Assembly (NCBI GenBank): GCA_003971905.1
Contig: RSEE01000018.1
Location: forward strand, 620,001 to 684,000
Direction: 5' to 3'
Length of the DNA: 64,000 nt
Origin: Moniliella sp. 'wahieum'
Taxonomy: Eukaryota
A program made the translations under genes and the position numbers. The notes beneath the pieces were generated by a model, which saw only the letters and a list, made by a program, of their open reading frames with translations, made no database searches and had not been told where the DNA came from. Shown piece by piece: positions 1 to 13,458 of this stretch. Position 1 is the first letter of the stretch; each line of letters starts with the position of its first letter.

Positions 1-1309
1 GCGCCCGAGATCGTTTCGCTTCAAGGAGCGTCGAAAGCAAGCGACATTTGGTCGCTGGGGTGTCTGGTGATTGAACTGTTGACCGGCCATCCACCTTATG
101 CAAAGCTCAACGCGATGGGAGCCCTGTATAAGATCGTAATCGACCCCCATCCTCCCTTGCCCCCTGACATAACGGAGGACCTGAACGAGTTCTTGCTGTC
201 CTGCTTTGCCAAGCTGCCCACCCAGAGACCTCCCGCCAGAGACCTGTTGAGCCATCGTTGGTTGAATCAGGTATGGACCAACGACCCATCTCTCGCCCAA
301 AATTCGCTGCCCGCTTTGCACCGCATCTCAGCTGAAGCGCGCCGCTTGTCGCAAGTGTTGACCCCTGGACCCACTGCTACCCCACCCACCCACTGCGGAC
401 TCTACACACTTCATTACGGCCTCCGTCATCCCTCTCAGATCTCGGCAGGGGTCGTGATTCTGTAACGTCATCGGCTCATGTTCGTCTGAGGCCGAGCAAC
501 CCTCGCCTGCGCAGACTTTCCGAGGCTTCGACAGGTGGATCTGCTCCGTTACTTCAACACACATTTATCCGCTCCGTCTTCAGTCAAGCGTTGGAGTGCA
601 GCGTTTGTTTGGAGGCGATTATCCCCATGTCGGATGCATTGCTATGCAGTGCCAAATGTGGACTTGTGTGCCATCGACGTTGTCTTGCCCAGGTTCCACT
701 GCCTTGCGTACCCATCGCGTCTTTGCGTCAGTATGACACTTCTTATACGCCTCCACTGGATGCCTCGAACAACACCTCATCGTTGGTGGAGCCGGATCGC
801 GACTTTGCTCCTGCTTCAAGTCATCTACCTCGTCGTCACTCCTGGAAGAAGAGCTACGGCTTCTCCATCTCAGCGAGGCTGCCACACCCAACCCGTCCGT
901 ATTCCGCAGATGGCCCTCTCACCCTCCCTCCCATTCGTCTTCATCTTTTTCCAAACTGCATCTTCGTGGGCAGCGAAAGCACAAATTGCGCAAGTGGGCT
1001 AGCACCCGTACAACTCATAAGGATGCGTCCGTGACATTTACCCCCTCCCACACGCTTTCTCTGATTCACCCCAACCATCACCTCCACCATGGCGTCTCTT
1101 CTCCCCACACAGGAATGGGGACGCAGCAGGTTGCTGTGCATCGAGTCAGCAGCCCACAACTTGGTTCACAACAGTGCCCCCACCATCGCCACATCCACTT
1201 TCCCCGCAAGATGCACAGCAAGGTGGAGGATCCATCAAGCACGCAGACAGAAAACCTGATGCAAGCCACTGCCTCATCATGTAATTCCTCTTTGTACGCG
1301 CGCCCATGA
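1..1309 (+). CDS. STE-group (Cdc15/SepH-like) Ser/Thr kinase, 3' part, followed by a C1 (Cys-rich) domain; 5'-partial, frameshifted
   Basis: Frame 1 from base 1 reads APEIVSLQGASKASDIWSLGCLVIELLTGHPPY...ALYKIVIDPHPPLP...FLLSCFAK..TQRP.ARDLLSHRWL (kinase subdomains VIII-XI, Cdc15-like). ORF 591-1034 has CSVCLEAI...CSAKCGLVCHRRCLAQVPLPC (C1 pattern). 3' end uncertain. Confidence 0.75.
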
Positions 1310-2445
1310 GATCTTCATATCTGCTCTGCCCAGGCCCTGTTCGTTTTTTTCTGCATCACACTCCTTTTGCCCCTTCCCATCCAATGAACCATCCCTCTTG
1401 CGCTCTGGACGTTTTTAGCTATACTTCCGTCCCCCTTTTGCCTGCCAAAGATGTGCATTGTGAACTCACTCAGTCTTATTTTGCCGGGCCGTCTCTCCCC
1501 TTTTGGCATATTTGTTTCTTCCCATTCAACAACCTCCCCCATTTTGGCGCTCGCATCTCTTTATTGGACTGTACCCACACCTCCGTTTGCCCATTCTAGC
1601 ACTCTACGTTTCCTGACATTGCGCTTTTACTGTGGTTGTCTATGATACTCCACTTCCTTTCCTATGACTGTGCATGTGAGAAAAGACAATTGATGGTCGA
1701 AGGTGCCGAAGATGGTGCGCGTTGAGAGTGATGTTTCTATCTTCAGGTCTTTTTATCTTCACAGGCCTCAGTTTGGCACGCAATGGTCCCCCTCAAAGGC
1801 CTTTTTTGGGCTCATATAAACGGTGGATTGTCACATGTCCATGTCAGTGACGACCTTCGACGAATCACATGCATAACGGGAAGTTTTGATGGCCCCTATG
1901 CCATCTGGGAAGGCGTTGCGAAGATCCCCAACGGCAGGCCGAATGAATTAATGAGACGAGGAAGGCAACCCTAACACATAGGCGCACTGGAGGCCCTCCT
2001 GCTGCCTCTCGCCAGTCCCCGCCGCCTGCGCCCACCCGTGTCGGTCGGCGTCCTGGTTGGTGCCTGTGTGCCTGCTGAGCCTGCTGTGCCGCTGGCCGGC
2101 GTGCCTGCTTCCCCCTGTCCCCGATCCGACAAGGGGCCGAAGGGCGATCGGGGTCCAGCGTGGGGCAGCGCACAGAAGCCGGCATGGGGGCGGTGTGTCG
2201 GTGCTGACGCGCTCCGGGCGCTAGGGTTGCTGGGGGGTCTCCTGCGCTTGGGCGCGCCTGTGCGCCGACGCCCACCCGCCGCGCCGACGGGAACTGAATC
2301 GGGCGGCTCTACTAGTGCTGCGAGTCCTGTGCGTACGACAGCCGGCCGCGCACACTGGCACGGGGGCTGTGACGCGGACCTGGCGAGACATGGCGCTGCC
2401 GTCCAGTGCTGCGTGCGAGCGGCGGCGGCGGAGCTGGGGGCCGCT

Positions 2446-2571
2446 GGGAGGCAGTGGGAGGCAGTGGGAGGCAGTGGGGGCAGCGGGGAGCAGGGGGGAG
2501 AGCACTGGGGAGCAGGGGGAGCAGGGGGGAGCAGTGGGAACCGCTGGGAGGCAGCTGGGCAGCAGTTGGGA
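2446..2571 (+). repeat. G-rich minisatellite, GGGAGGCAGT x3 decaying into GGGG(A)GCAG units
   Basis: Direct reading: gggaggcagt gggaggcagt gggaggcagt gggggcagc ggggagcag gggggagag... Confidence 0.85.
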
Positions 2572-2867
2572 CGCAGCGCTTGAGGAGCAGCCGCGGGCAC
2601 GCCGGCCCACAGGTGGCAGCAGGACAAATCATCCGGCCACTGCCGCTGTGCCTGCAGTCCCCCGCTCCGGGGCAGGCTGGGATCCGATCCGACTGGCTGC
2701 GGGTTTTTTGGCGCGCCGCCTCCATCCCACCGCACTCCACGCCCGCCATCACCATCGCCACCACCCCGGCCCTCCACCCCCACCCCCACCCCACACAGCC
2801 CCCCACTCCCAGCGCTGCGTCTTTCTTCTGCGTCGGCAAGCACATCTGCGTTCGCGTTGCCGCCGCC

Positions 2868-5800
2868 ATGTCGTTCGTGCCCGCCCCCTCGGCTGCCCAA
2901 CCACCCGGCCCAGGCTCCAGCAACCCCGCCATGGCCCAGCCCCAGCCGCTTCCCGTCGACGTACCTGCCCATTGGCTCGGCCCCAATGCACCTACCGCCG
3001 CGGCTCTGGCTCAGGCTCAGATGCAAGCCCAAGCACACGCGCACGCCCAGGCACAAGCCCAGGCTCAGGCTCTAGCTCAGGCTCAGGCTCAGGCCCAGGC
3101 TCAGGCCCAGTCTCAGGCTCCGTCTCAGGCTCCGTCTCAGGCTCAGTCTCGGGCCCAGGCTCAGGCTCAAGCTGGCCCTTCTCACCAAATTCCAGGCCCA
3201 CCTCTTGATGCTTCTGTGGCATCATCACCTTGGGAAGCTGCTTCTCGCGCCGCTGGACTAATGACTGCCGTCCAATCTGACCTTGGTACCCTGGCCAACC
3301 AGATGGCCACCGCACGCACTGCTCAGGGAACACTCTCTGGCCTTGACGTGGCCGCCATGGAGGCTGCCATACGGAAGCTCATTGACGCCATCAACCAGAG
3401 CGCCCATCAGTTTAGCTCCCTTCGTCTCGATGCTGGCCCAGCCCCGGCTGCCGCATCTACTTCTGCGATTGGATCAGCCCAGCCTTTGGCGCTAGACGCC
3501 TCCTCGGCCCATCAGCTCTCGGCCTTGTGGGGCCCGCGAGCCCCGTCACAGTCGCAGCAGCCACCTGTTCCTCCACCCCTGCCCCACATGTCCAACTCAG
3601 GCGTAACCACCGACTCGCATGCTAGCTCGCCCAGTCTGTTGCCCGACTCACCTTCCGGCAGTGCAATCAACTCTTCGTCCGCTGTTCACAGTAGGTCAGG
3701 GAGTGTCGGCATGGTACCTGCCTCTTCGGCGGGCGCAATGATGGCATCCATGACGTTGGCTGACAAGCCGCATTCACGCGCATCGGTCGCTGGTACCTCT
3801 ACCAACCACCTTCCCCACCTCGGCAGCAACACTGCTGGGTTCGCCTCTCCTCCTCCTCCGCCGCCGCACTCCCAACACCAGTTTCCTCAGATTCCTGCGC
3901 AACAGCCCCAACTTCACGGCCAGCCGCCTTTCGATGCCTCTTCTGGAGGGCAGCCACCCCCGGCAGGTTCGCCCGGCCGCGATCCAGCCCCTTTTGCCCC
4001 ACCTGTATCCCGTTCCCAGGTCCCGAACCAGTTCAGTAATAACCTGCACCTCCCCCCCCCATATAACCGCCTTGTCCAACTCGCTCAACTCCGGCTCGCT
4101 CAGGAGCCAATCAGCCTCAACCCTCCCTCCTTTCAATCACCCTTTGGCCGCATCCAATCGTCGATTCAGCTCGGGCCAAGGTGAGGGGCTCCTCCTATGC
4201 CATCATTAGCCGAAGCATCTGCACAGGGCAACAATCTGCTGCGTAGATGCTACTCCAGTACCGACTGCAACGCTAGCTGCGAACCCGGTTGTCGGGGGCC
4301 CTCCTGCTCTACAAGGGTCCTCAGCGGGTATAGCTAGCTTGCATCCTCATTTGGCCGCCTGGCTCAACCAACCCTCAACTTCCTCTGACCAAGCGCAAAG
4401 CTCCCACCTCGTGCGAGATGCCCAGCCTGCCAGTCAACATCCCCCCCCCTATAAGACCATCCCCTCCCGATCAAACTGCTTGCACGCACGCCTCAGTGCT
4501 CCAACCGGGCCCCTCGGTCTACAATGCCCCAATTCTTGCCCCCAACTCAGGTCCCTACCCCTCTGCCGGTCCCAATGGAGAGCCTATTCCGTTTGCCCCC
4601 CAGGTTTTTGGCATGTCGACTATGCCTCCCTTCCCGGGCGCCGGAGCCACAAGTCAGCATCGGTTCCCCAGCTTGACTCTGAGCTAGTGACAGAGATTGC
4701 TCCGAGTGACAAGCGCTATCGGAATCGCAAACTTTTGGTTCGTCCAGACTTCTGCTTTCCCTTCGTTCTGTTTCTTGTGCTAACACATTGACCGGTTCAG
4801 CGTGACTTGCGGGAGTACCTTTATCGCTTCCTCAACACGACCGAGTTCCGTCTCCTCACCGATACGCACGATGTAGTGGAATGGGTCGAACATCCCAACG
4901 CCGACCCGGCTGCGCTCGCTAATCTGCCAGGGGGCGGAGGGGCTTTGGCACAAATCGGCATTGTCCCCGAGCAGCGCCTATTTCACATCGATTTTCAAAG
5001 CAAAGATTACTATCGCACCAACTCAGCGCTGATGAATGAGCTCATTCGGGTTGGACATGCGTTGACTCGCGTTCAACCCTTCGAGTATGGTGTGGCTGCT
5101 GGGGTGCTCCAGCCGAGTCATGTGGAGGACGTGGCAAAGGACCTGATGGACAGTGCCCGCTCTGGGTTTCGACAAGGCGTACGCTCCCAGCCTTCGCAAC
5201 CAATGGACGAAACTGAAGAGCAGAAGGCACTCGTCAGCGTGCAATGGAACGGGCTAAAGCCAAGCAGCGGGACCGGGAACGCGGTTCGACTCGTCTGCGC
5301 AAGCCCATTCCGCGTCAGTTGCTCATACCTGGTGCCTACAGTGACGATGCAGCCAGCGATGATGATTTGCATGGCCTGTCAGTGGAATCATGGCGCGCCG
5401 AACGACAGCGCAAGCTCGCCCTCTCGACATATCCGAAGATGGATCATCGCCCTCTTCCTCGGGTGGGAGAGGACGACGGGCCAAGAAAGCTCTCTCCAAG
5501 GGAGTTGAGGCGGTCACACCTCGTTGGCGCAATCCAGCACTTACTCGGGCCTATGTGGCGCGGACTTCCAGGCGCTGCGTACGCCTGGGTCCAGTACACG
5601 ACGGCGCAAAAGCGCCCCGGGTGGAGCCGATCCTGACCAGGCCGATGCCACGTTAGCCGGGCCCAGGCGATGGCGAAGAGATCGTCCATTGGACATAGAC
5701 ATTCCCCATTCGCTTCGCGGTCGGCGCTTACCGGCGGCTCTGTTTGACTCTGGCTGGTTGGCCCAACATCGGGAAGAGCTTTACAATGCGCCCTATTACA

Positions 5801-6888
5801 TCTCAGTAGATGATGACCCCGTACCTGGGTGGTCAGAAGGGGCCTACGGCGTATCCGAATCGGACGGCTCCTGTGCTGACTCTCCAGCCAAGGGACTCTC
5901 CCCTGGCTCGGCGGTCAAGGGAAAAGGGCGCAGTGCGTCCACTTCATTCTCCACCGCTAGCTCCGCCAGGTCAGTCGAGCCTTCACCTTCGCTTTCTCCC
6001 GGCAAGCAAGAGTTTCTGCACAACCGCCCTAACCGTGGGTCCATCTCTGGCTTCCACAAAGCTCGTCCTCGCATCGTCATTGATGAAAAGAATACCGAAT
6101 GGGCGGTTGAGGATGACGATGAAGACGAGGGAGATGAGGTGGACGACTGGGTGCCTACACTGGAGCGCGACGGTCGTCTAAACGCCAACGTACCTCTTTT
6201 TCTCAGTCCCGTCCCTGCCTATCGCATGGAGTTCCCCCGCCTATGGCCTCATTGCCGCCCCCACCGTTAAGAAGACGCAGCACAGCGCATCAGCTGTGCT
6301 TCAATCTACGACCCAGTCCCCTCCTTTGGCCGCGCCGCAGAGCAGACACCGGGTCTTCCTGGACGATGCGTGTCTTTACCCGCACAGGAGGGCGATACTG
6401 GCTCCACGACGAGTGTTTCGGCAGATATCAAGGTGGAAAAGCCTGGCACGCCGTCAGGCGGATTGGCTGGATTGGGGGACTGGTCCCGCGAATTCCACTT
6501 ACCCCTTGGGGATTTACTGCCGATGGAGCTTTCTTCAGGATTGGGATTAGATACTCCGATGGAAATCGTGCCCCAAACCCCAGGAACGGTGGCCCGATTG
6601 ATGTCCAATCTGGGGTCCGGCCTTCTCACACCCAGCCTGGGTGCGTCAGCAGTCCCGGATGATGCAAGAGTGAGCACTGACGCCAGCACCGGTACCGAAA
6701 CAACTTCGGCTGTGCCGGGTACCAACGTCAGTGAGCCCACTCCAGTCCCTACTACCTCGGAAAGGCGATCGAAGAGCCCGGGCAACACCGAAGCGCAGTA
6801 TCACCATCAACTTCAGGCGCACCACCAGCAAATTGTTCACCGTCTCTCCCAAGCGAGCCCATCGCTTGCTTCGCCCAGTACCGAGTAA
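2868..6888 (+). CDS. Large low-complexity hypothetical protein (N-terminal QA repeat, Pro/Ser-rich, one globular-looking middle segment); frameshifted, probable intron ~4738-4800
   Basis: Chained + strand ORFs 2406-4184, 4418-4687, 4807-5508, 5390-5656, 5524-6270, 6370-6888. ATG in gccgccATG context at 2868, (QA)n at ~3010-3170, and GTTCGT..GCTAAC..TTCAG intron signals. No family recognised. Confidence 0.55.
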
Positions 6889-7358
6889 TGGGTTGTACTA
6901 GTACTTTGGTACCTTAGCGACCTCATCCCTCTCTGTAACTTTCACGATATTTCCCCTTTGCGCGCGCGCGGCTTCCTATCCCCCACCGCCTCTCATGATA
7001 CCGCACTACCTGTGTTCCCCCCCACCGACCTGCGTCGGCGGCCTGCACCTTGTCCCTATCCCCCCCTGTTGCGCTATACGTGACGCGTTTCACCCTCCCG
7101 TTGTGTGTCGGGACTGGCGTGTTATGCCAGTAGCCGGTCTTGGGCGTATTGTAAAAGCTCTAAGACCACAGTCTTAGACCCTCCTATTGGGTGCGTTTTT
7201 GGCATAAGTGGTACTTGGACTACATAGTCAAAATGGATGCGTCGAGTACTACACATGCACGCTCATCGGCATGTCAGATCCCTCAGAAAGCGCCTTTGCT
7301 GAGAGATGAAGCTTGAAGGGCCTCATCGACGCGCTCACCAGAAAAGCAGGTGATCCAA

Positions 7359-7545
7359 ACGCGTGACCCGCGTGACGCGTGACTAGCTGGTGACCAGCCG
7401 GTGACCGGTGATCGGTGACCGGTGACCACAGCAATGATTAATGATTAATCGATTAATGAGCACAACGAGCGTGATCGAACGTTGGCGTTGATGCATGATG
7501 CATGATGGTTAAGGCTGACCAGTGACCGGTGACCCCGGTGACCCC
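7359..7545. repeat. Heptamer palindrome array (ACGCGT, ACCGGT, ATTAAT, ATGCAT units joined by G) upstream of HRQ1
   Basis: tg-acgcgt-ga (7375), g-accggt-g-atcggt-g-accggt-g (7404-7424), g-attaat-g-attaat (7437-7449), g-atgcat-g-atgcat-g (7491-7504). Confidence 0.85.
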
Positions 7546-7654
7546 GATTAAACCACCTCCTCGCTTTTTGTGTCCACCTCCCCATCTCTGAACCCGCGTG
7601 CTCACTCGACCAGCCTTGTCCCTTCCCCTCCTCCCCCTCCTCCCCCCCCTCTCG

Positions 7655-10600
7655 ATGAGCGACCAACACCGCCCATCTGCAAGGCGAAGCCCATTCGTAG
7701 GGCGACCATCTACGGTCAGACCTCACCTTCCCGCTGTCCGCCACCCGCGGCACCCTTCGCGGCTACCATCCACGCCTGTACCATCGGCATCCCCAGGGCC
7801 AAGCCAGCTCCGGCCTCCAGCCACTTCAGTCGATCGAGTAGCACCAAGACCGAGCCGTCGTCCTGCACCCTCCATACCTACTCCTCGCCCCTCTGCCTCT
7901 TATTCTTCGTCCCGCACCCTCTTTGACGCTGTGGTTGTGGCCTCTCCTCCCTCTGGCTCCAAACGGACCAGGTCGCCCTCTCCTTCTGCACCCCTGAGAG
8001 CGACGATGAACCAACTCTCTCAGGTGTACGCCAAGTTCTTCTATCCCCAAGCAGGAGAAAAGCTGTGCCTCATGGGTCTGCCCCTAACAAGCGCCCTGCC
8101 CGTTCTTCACCGTCTCCCAAGCCCTCACAAGAATCCAGCACTGCCTTTACTCGGCCTGCACCAGTATCTGAGGCACGAAAACACGAGATTCATCAGCCTG
8201 GGGACCTTCGAGCGTGATGAAATCCATGGTGAACTTTGGAAAGTACCGTGGCAACATCCCTGATTTTGATGCTCCAGTAACTCCGCCGGTGCGTTCGGAA
8301 GAGGGCAACATTGAATGGAGCAGAGCACGACAAGGCCCTCCCGTCTGACGTCTCCGACCTCCCTCTTCCTCGCCCTCCTCCTATCCATCCTGGGTCTCGT
8401 GCACCAGCCTTGAAACCTATTCCTGCATCTGTGGTGCCGGGATCGACATGGCCACCCCATTTCGTCCGGCTCGAACAGACCTTCCGGGCGGTAGCCCTTG
8501 TTTCCTCCTTTGTGGGTGCTCACAAACACATTGTGTTATCTTTCCAACTCCTTCGCTCTTCGACTGAGAAATTGCTCAAGCGGTACGTTGGACCATCCTG
8601 CTGGGGTTTGTGGCATTGTGTGGTTAACAACTCTCTCCAGCCCCCTTGAGTGGTTGATCTGGCTCAGATCAAATCGCTGTGCCCGGACATGGTTGACTTT
8701 GCTTATGCCAAGACCGGAGAAGTGGCATCGCACCTGTTTGATAGCGCTGAAAGAGGGAGAAGTGCCGATTCAAAGAACTCGATGATGCCTATGCTGTGGC
8801 CGCTTGGCGAGAACAGGGTGAAGAGGATACGGGCGATGGCGGGCAAGGATCTACTGCTGCTGCTGAGGATGACTATATTCTGATTTTTTCCTTCAAGGAC
8901 GGAGAACAGTCGGCGCCCAAAGCTACTTCCACTGGCAGGTTTGAAAATTATCGCAAGCAAGCTGCCTTTCGAGCTGCTCAGGGCGACGGCAAATTCTTGC
9001 AGGGTACACCCCGCGACCTATCGGCAGCCGAAACGCAGCAGCTCATAGTGAAACGGAACACCAAGTTCTCGCAAGCCATTCGGGAACTGCTGGCCGCCTG
9101 CGCTGAGGAGGGTAAGGAGAACCCTGTTCAGCTATTACTCGATGCAGCTGCTGATCACGTTCCCGTCCATCCCAACCTTGGTAAAGGAGGAGAGGACGGG
9201 GGGGTATTGTCCGGTCGGGACCGCAAGGCATGGCTGGACCATATCCTCCTACATCCAGAGCAGCGCCCCAGTTTGGGAGAGATCATCACTGAGCTCACCA
9301 ATGCGGAAGACTACCAGGACCAAATTGTCCCTGGTGGACTCAAGACAGTCCCAGCTCGAGACCCCAAATATGGGAGTCCCCAAAAGGCATTGTCGGAGGA
9401 TGTGCAGGACCTCTTGACTGACTCGGGTATCGAACGTCTCTACACCCACCAGGCACATGCCTTAGACGCTTTCGCGGATGGAAAGAATGTTGTGGTGGCT
9501 ACCCCCACCTCGTCGGGAAAGTCACTCATCTACCAGCTGCCGTTGCTCGATAGCTTGATCCATGGTGCCACTGCCTTCTTTATTTTCCCCACCAAAGCAT
9601 TGGCGCAGGACCAGTTGCGCTCCCTCTCTACTCTTTACGACGTCATCCTGGTATCGAGGGGGAGCTACCAGTGGTGGCTACCTACGATGGGGACACCCCA
9701 ACCCAAAACGCAAATTCCTCCGCAAAAATGCTCAAGTCATTTTTACCAACGTCGACATGCTCCACCAAGCTATTTACCTGGCGAAGAGCTTTGGAGACGG
9801 TTCCTCACTAACTTGAGGTTAATTGTGCTGGACGAGCTACATGTGTACGATGGTCTCTTTGGTGCACATGCTGCTCTCGTGTTTCGCCGACTGCGCCGCA
9901 TCTGCTCTGCTTTGGGTAATGAGAATATCCAGTTCATCAGTTCGTCTGCTACTATCTCGGACCCGGCGGCTCACATGTCGAATTTGCTGGCCTTGGACCC
10001 CGATACCGTGGCTCCCATCCTTGGAGACCTCGACGGCTCACCCCAGGCGGAAAAACATTGGGTCTTGTGGAACCCCCTCTCCTCGACGAAACGGATCCAT
10101 CGCAGGGTCGATCGTCTTACCGAAGTGACTCGCATCTTTATTCATCTCCTCGAACGAGGCGCTCGCACCATGATCTTTACTCGGGTGCGGCGGCAGGCCG
10201 AGATTCTCCTCCGCCAGATACGGGAGACGTTGCTACTCCAATCGGGCCGACCTGGTGGATCGGGTGGCGGCGTACAGAGGTGGGTATAGCCCAGAAGACC
10301 GCCGCAGGATCGAGCAATCCATGTTCACCGGCGACCTTCTTGGGATTATTTCTACCACGGCACTTGAACTGGGGATCGACATTGGTACCTGGATGCAGTC
10401 ATCATGCACGGCTTCCCTTACACCATGTCGTCCCTGCGTCAAATGGCGGGCCGTGCCGGGCGAAGGCAGGGCAGGGACAGTGCGCCTTCTTGGTGGCTGA
10501 GGCTTTCCCTGTGGACCAACATTATATGCGCAATCCCCATCTTCTCTTTGACGCCCCCGCCACGCCCATGCGTATCCAGTACGACAATGACTTTTACTCG

Positions 10601-11853
10601 AGTGTCATCTCCAATGTGCAGCGTATGAGATGCCTGTTGATCCTGCTACAGATGAGGAGTTCTTCGGTCCCCAGATCCACGCTTAGCAGAGACGCGACTG
10701 GTCAAGGGTACTGGTGAACGATCTGCTTTCTACTTTCCTGCCGAGGGTTGGCTGGACAACCCGTCGGGTCAAGTTGCGCTCCGGGGTGGAGGGGAGCCCA
10801 AATACACCTATGGATGTGGGTTCGACGCGGGTACTGGAGGAGGTGGAGATGAGTCGTTCCATCTTTGAGGCGTTTGAAGGAGCGATCTTCATGCACCAGG
10901 GCCAATCGTTCTTATGTGTGCATGTAGACCATGACAAGCGCATTGTGCAAATGAGCAAGTCGGACGCTCGTTACCACACTCGTTCACGCGACCATACCGA
11001 CATTGACGCCGTTCAGACCAACGCGTACGCTCTCTCACTAAAGATCGAGCCTACTATGGCGTTGTTAAGGTCGAATCAAGGGTATGGGGCTACTACAAAG
11101 TGGACAGGCAAGCCCATATCCTAGACGCTGTCGAGGTCGACACGCCCCCTTATGTTCGCCACAGCCGCGGGATGTGGATTGATGTCCCAACTTGGCTTTT
11201 GGATGCTTTGGTCAAACAGGGCATCAACGTCGCAGCAGCTATCCACTCTGCCGAGCACGCGCTGCTCTAGTCTCCCCTCTTTAGCCTGGCTTCTGCTGGG
11301 GATGTTCTGACGGACTGCAAATTGCCGAGCGGGAGTTTAGTACGTCGGGCCAACAGCGCGCCGAAGACCGGCCCGATTGCTTTGGTACGACGCCCAGATG
11401 GTCTTAAGGATTCTCGCACCCAGCGAGGAGCAGGACTGTGCTACAAAGCGTTTGAGCATCTCGAAACGCTGGTTGCATCGCGATGACGGTGATTGAGCAA
11501 TGTTCCTGTGCGGAAGGGTGTATGGCATGTATTCACAGTGACACATGTGCTCATGGTAACTTGGTTTTCAGCAAGGTGGGTGCCTTGGCTATACTTCGTG
11601 CCATCCGTGGCATCAAGCCGTTCGATGAGCGCTTGGAACACCAAGGCGAACAAGGTCGAGCCACCTCTTTACTCGGAGAGGCCTCTCTGTCCCAGACTGT
11701 ACGGCCCGCCAGCCCCGTGCCGGCCCCACACCTTGCCTGTCGAGACGTTTCAGGAGACGCTTCCTCCCGATTTGTCTCTTCCCTCTCAGCGCCCTCGCTC
11801 CCCTGTTGCTACCCCGGGAGCATTTGGTGTATGAAGAAGTAGAGGATGAATAA
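7655..11853 (+). CDS. HRQ1: Hrq1/RecQ4-like DEAH-box helicase with C-terminal DUF1998-type Cys motif; frameshifted, intron ~8582-8640
   Basis: LYTHQAHAL (Q motif), TPTSSGKSLIYQLP (motif I), FPTKALAQDQ, LIVLDELHVY, SSATI, AYRGGY..EDRRRIE, TTALELGIDIG, QMAGRAGRR, C-terminal CSCAEGCMACI. N-terminal WPPHF..LEQTFRAV segment is typical of fungal Hrq1. Confidence 0.9.
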
Positions 11854-11944
11854 TATGGCATCCCTTTTCCTTCCTTTTGGGAGCTACTTGGCATCAACAC
11901 CATCTCCTTCTGAGATTGAACATGGCAAATGATCCAACAGTATC

Positions 11945-12783
11945 TCAAGATGAGGGCGGGCCCCATCCCAGAATACGTTCGCCCCTTTTGACTACTCGTG
12001 TCCAAATGCGCAGCCACGAGTAGTTCCACGCGGGTCGAAGGTTGGAGACAAGATCGTAAATCAGGGCACGATTGTATGCCCGATGCCGTTCTGTGTTGGC
12101 GCCAAGCCACGCTTGATAGAAATCGCTCAGAGGCACAGGTGGTGGACGAGTATCCGGGGAAGGGCTGGTAGAAGGAAGGGGAGCAGGCGATGCGGATGCA
12201 TCAAGTTCAGGGGAAACGGAAACGTCGTCGCCTGCACCCGCCTCGAGAGCCAGGGTAGACTGCTGGACAAGTTGAGCTGGTGGCGCAGGTGGGTTGACCT
12301 GGAAATCGTGCAAGTCACGCTCAAAGCGGCGTTGTTGTCTCGCCAAAAACGTTGGTGGAAGGCATCAGAATGAACCCGGCGTAACTGATTGCATCTCGGC
12401 CACCTCGAGACGCTGGACCAACTCACGGTAGTACCATGAATGGGGTACTTGGCGGAGGCGCAACACCCCTGCAGACCACTCCAGAATGGATGTTGGGATG
12501 CGGTCTGGTCAGGTGCGAGAATGGAGAACTCCGCTAGGCTGTAGGGGTGCGATTTGCGCTTGTCGGTGTCTCCTTCGATGCGGACGAGGGAGCCTCAACT
12601 TCAAACGCCGAGCCATATCGCACAGGACGCAAGTTGCTGACAGGATCGGGGGGACCAACGATATCGGCACCGGGCGCGGCAGCTAGATGACGGCGACTGC
12701 GACGTGGAGGATGGTAAACCGCGCACGAAGAGGATGGAACGTGCTCCCTCCACTGGTCTCGGTAACGGCAGCGGAGGACGCAT
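11945..12783 (-). CDS. COA8: COA8/APOPT1-family mitochondrial protein; frameshifted
   Basis: DIVGPPDPVSNLRPVRY, then HQRFWRDNN, then LSDFYQAWL..N.ERH.AYNR: the three conserved APOPT1/DUF2315 blocks, in order. Arg/Pro-rich presequence-like N-terminus. Confidence 0.8.
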
Positions 12784-13023
12784 GACCGAACGGTGATGGT
12801 GGTGTTGGTAATCCACAGGGTTATGGCAGCGGGTGTGTCGAGCAACGGGCCTGGATCAATTCCGCGGCGCCTTCCAAGTTCCGCTCTGCCGCTGCCGTCC
12901 CAAAGCCAGGTTAAATGGAACTGGGGCATTTATGGTCTTGAAGCTTGGCATCTATAAGACGCCATCACAAGAGATTGTCTCGGCTCAGTGACAAGGAGGA
13001 AAGGGGTATCGTATAACTGCACA

Positions 13024-13458
13024 TCACTCAAGGATGACACGGACGATGAGAGAACAACCAGTACATGGGGCCAAATCATTCCCATCCGCCAACCGGGTCG
13101 CCGTAGTGGTGTATGCCCACCGAACGGCATGGGTGCGTAAAGATGGTCTCAGCATCATCCACATCCTCGTTGGCGTCAAAAGCATCAAGGTCGAGCGATT
13201 CCTTGCTTTTTGGGCATTTGAGCATTTGCAACTAGGTCCGTGTTGTGGCCAACATGGAATCGTATTCGTTCCGGGCTACGGGGTCGCACAGAATCTCATA
13301 GGCCATTTAATGCGGCGAATGTGATCCTCAGAGGCAACGCTTTGTCGGGGTGTGAATCTTGGCCAAGGCCAGGTAGGATGCACGGATCTCCTTGTGAGAG
13401 GCTCCTGGGGACACACAAGAACGTCATAGTGCGTTGGCCCCGTCGTGGCGGGCGCCAT
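13024..13458 (-). CDS. DPH4: Diphthamide biosynthesis J-protein (J domain + CSL zinc finger); frameshifted
   Basis: N-terminal THYDVL J-domain start, and C-terminal ..THA....LADGNDLAPCTGCSLIVRV CSL zinc-finger half. Length ~145 codons fits. Confidence 0.7.
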
